Positions 63,348 through 64,000 of a DNA stretch of 64,000 nucleotides are shown here, in pieces. Source of the DNA: Balanoglossus misakiensis (taxonomy: Eukaryota; Animalia; Hemichordata); the NCBI GenBank assembly GCA_040954595.2, contig CM082582.2, positions 4,510,303 to 4,574,302 on the forward strand, written 5' to 3'. The position numbers and the translations under genes were made by a program. The notes beneath the pieces are model-generated. The model was not told where the DNA came from. It did no database searches and saw nothing but the letters and a program-made list of their open reading frames with translations. Numbering within the stretch: the stretch's first letter is position 1; each line of letters begins with the position of its first letter.

Positions 63348-64000
63348 TCATGCATTTTTGTGTTGAACTAGGTGGGTAAAGTCGATCCGATGAGGCTCTC
63401 CACCACCCAAATGCGTCCAAGTGAGGAAGTTAATGATTTTGGGAACATTGAGGGACCGATATTTTATGCGTACACCTGTCTCTTTTATCAACAGTTCAAA
63501 TAACAGAGTATGATCGTCATCGATGTCCACAAAAAGGAAGGAAAACATTTCTAAATAATCCATCATTGTCACGATATTCTGTCCTAACGGGTTCAAGCAA
63601 AACTGGGTCGCTTTCAACGCCCTACACAGCATGCAATGGTGTTGTCCAAATTGTTGATAACTTGTATTACATTTTTGCAATTCACCCGACACCAGTTTTT
63701 TTATAGCGTCTGCATTTAGACATTCGCTCAGGATCAACTGATCGTCACAATCACAACGTTTGCTGATGTAGGTACTGATACAGTTAGTACCGCTTGAGCA
63801 CGGACGGGTCGCAAAGTTGTGAAATTCGCGAGGGGTGAAACAACATTCATTCATCATCGAAAGCGACCAGACGTCCGGCTGGAGCATTTCGTTGGGAATG
63901 CTTTTCATTCTGTCCACAATTGTCGCACATTTCAAGATATCCGACGTGACTTTCCTCTGGATGTACCGTCTAAGCGACACGTCACTATCCTCGCGATGAC
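63348..64000 (-). CDS. Cys-rich hypothetical protein (5' end beyond the window)
   Basis: Frame is open to the window edge. RPCSSGTNC...HCMLCR may be a zinc site. Confidence 0.7.
   Translation of the reverse strand, partial: HREDSDVSLRRYIQRKVTSDILKCATIVDRMKSIPNEMLQPDVWSLSMMNECCFTPREFHNFATRPCSSGTNCISTYISKRCDCDDQLILSECLNADAIKKLVSGELQKCNTSYQQFGQHHCMLCRALKATQFCLNPLGQNIVTMMDYLEMFSFLFVDIDDDHTLLFELLIKETGVRIKYRSLNVPKIINFLTWTHLGGGEPHRIDFTHLVQHKNA

Larger units (their letters stand above)
44600..64000. mobile_element. putative endogenous large DNA virus segment (continues past the right edge)
   Basis: Abrupt change to tightly packed, mostly intronless orphan ORFs on both strands, with AATAAA signals (e.g. 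~46808, ~50908, ~54945). Contains a histone H3-like gene, DUF4419, two nucleases and a RING protein. No hallmark viral gene seen. Confidence 0.7.

Overview
Eukaryotic DNA with spliceosomal introns, MITEs and microsatellites; gene content suggests a marine invertebrate, possibly a deuterostome (inference). There are two zones. Zone 1 (1-44.5 kb) is host chromosome. It holds a disrupted NACHT/NLR-type pseudogene, an ST8Sia-like sialyltransferase pseudogene, GADD45GIP1 (CRIF1), a CYP2-clan P450 and two unusual immune-like genes arranged head to head. The first is an intact 18-exon fusion of a GT4-like glycosyltransferase, a TRADD-N-like domain and a SAMHD1-like HD domain; both enzyme domains have lost catalytic residues, while the SAMHD1 allosteric nucleotide sites are kept. 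The second is a macrodomain-RING-Deltex (DTX3L-like) ligase. Zone 2 (~44.6 kb to the window end) is a gene-dense block of mostly intronless orphan ORFs that looks like an endogenous large DNA virus. It includes a spliced, divergent histone H3-like gene missing from the ORF track, a spliced DUF4419 gene, His-Me and PD-(D/E)XK nucleases, a C2H2/RING protein and a CRE-rich repeat array, and it carries a host MITE. No viral hallmark gene (capsid, polymerase, terminase) is recognisable in the window, so viral origin is an inference. All calls come from reading the sequence by eye; no database searches were run.
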